Of a stretch of DNA of 64,000 nucleotides, positions 63,725 to 64,000 are shown piece by piece. The DNA comes from Chthonomonadales bacterium (lineage in GTDB: Bacteria; Armatimonadota; Chthonomonadetes; Chthonomonadales; CAJBBX01). The notes beneath the pieces were generated by a model that was not told where the DNA came from, ran no database searches, and saw only the letters and a list, made by a program, of their open reading frames with translations. The translations under genes were made by a program, and so were the position numbers. The stretch covers positions 94-64,093 of the forward strand of contig JABWBA010000009.1 in assembly GCA_013360745.1 (NCBI GenBank). Reading direction: 5' to 3'. Position 1 is the first letter of the stretch; each line of letters begins with the position of its first letter.

Positions 63725-64000
63725 TACATTTCGATGAGAATGACTGCCGAATATTGGACCGTTCGCATGGCAGATGACGATTCGAAAGGGTGCATCGGGC
63801 CGGTGTACGGACGAAGATGGGCTATCAATCAGGAAGACAGGCTGCGCACTGAGCATTCAGCGCGCAGCCCGTCCGTGAGGCCTGACTCCGTTCGTCGCTC
63901 CGTATGGATGCGGCGTCGGCGTACTTATTGATGCGTTACTTGCTCTTGGGATCGCCTGGCAGTGTGCCGGCAGTCAACTCCTCACCGTTCTTGACGCCGT

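Noticed and set aside
63734-64000. Short ORFs at the right edge
   Set aside because: No RBS, motifs or coding-like composition; treated as intergenic or truncated context.

Overview
GC-rich bacterial chromosomal window, most likely from Armatimonadota. This is inferred from a DUF1559/H-X9-DG prepilin with the [12 protein letters not shown] signature, a DUF6785-type membrane protein, two UroD-family paralogs and FlgD-tailed giant secreted proteins. The left part is housekeeping (GH5, beta-hydroxyacid dehydrogenase, rpsU, tRNA-Leu(CAA), polA, rpsA, coaE). The centre (10.1-33.8 kb) is a co-directional 7-gene, ~24 kb cell-surface locus behind a strong sigma70-type promoter. It encodes four large secreted proteins with unrelated N-termini that share a ~430-460 aa C-terminal module ending in a FlgD/T9SS-CTD-like Ig domain and a terminal Arg. 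It also encodes two CsgG/FlgT-like proteins ending in poly-Pro and an invasin-Ig + LptD-like outer-membrane barrel. This locus is the best candidate for an undescribed C-terminal-signal-directed export or surface-assembly system. The right part holds a zinc-ribbon/beta-carbonic anhydrase fusion, transporters, crcB, glycan-active enzymes, a HEPN-MNT toxin-antitoxin pair, an Eis-like GNAT and a lipoprotein with clan-CD-peptidase-like motifs. It also holds glnA with an attenuator-like leader, a two-component pair, a cysD-cysNC-sulfotransferase module facing an AraC regulator across a 21-bp-period direct repeat, and a prepilin-like cluster. No CRISPR array, rRNA, integrase or transposase was seen. 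All family calls are by-eye motif recognition; no database search was run.
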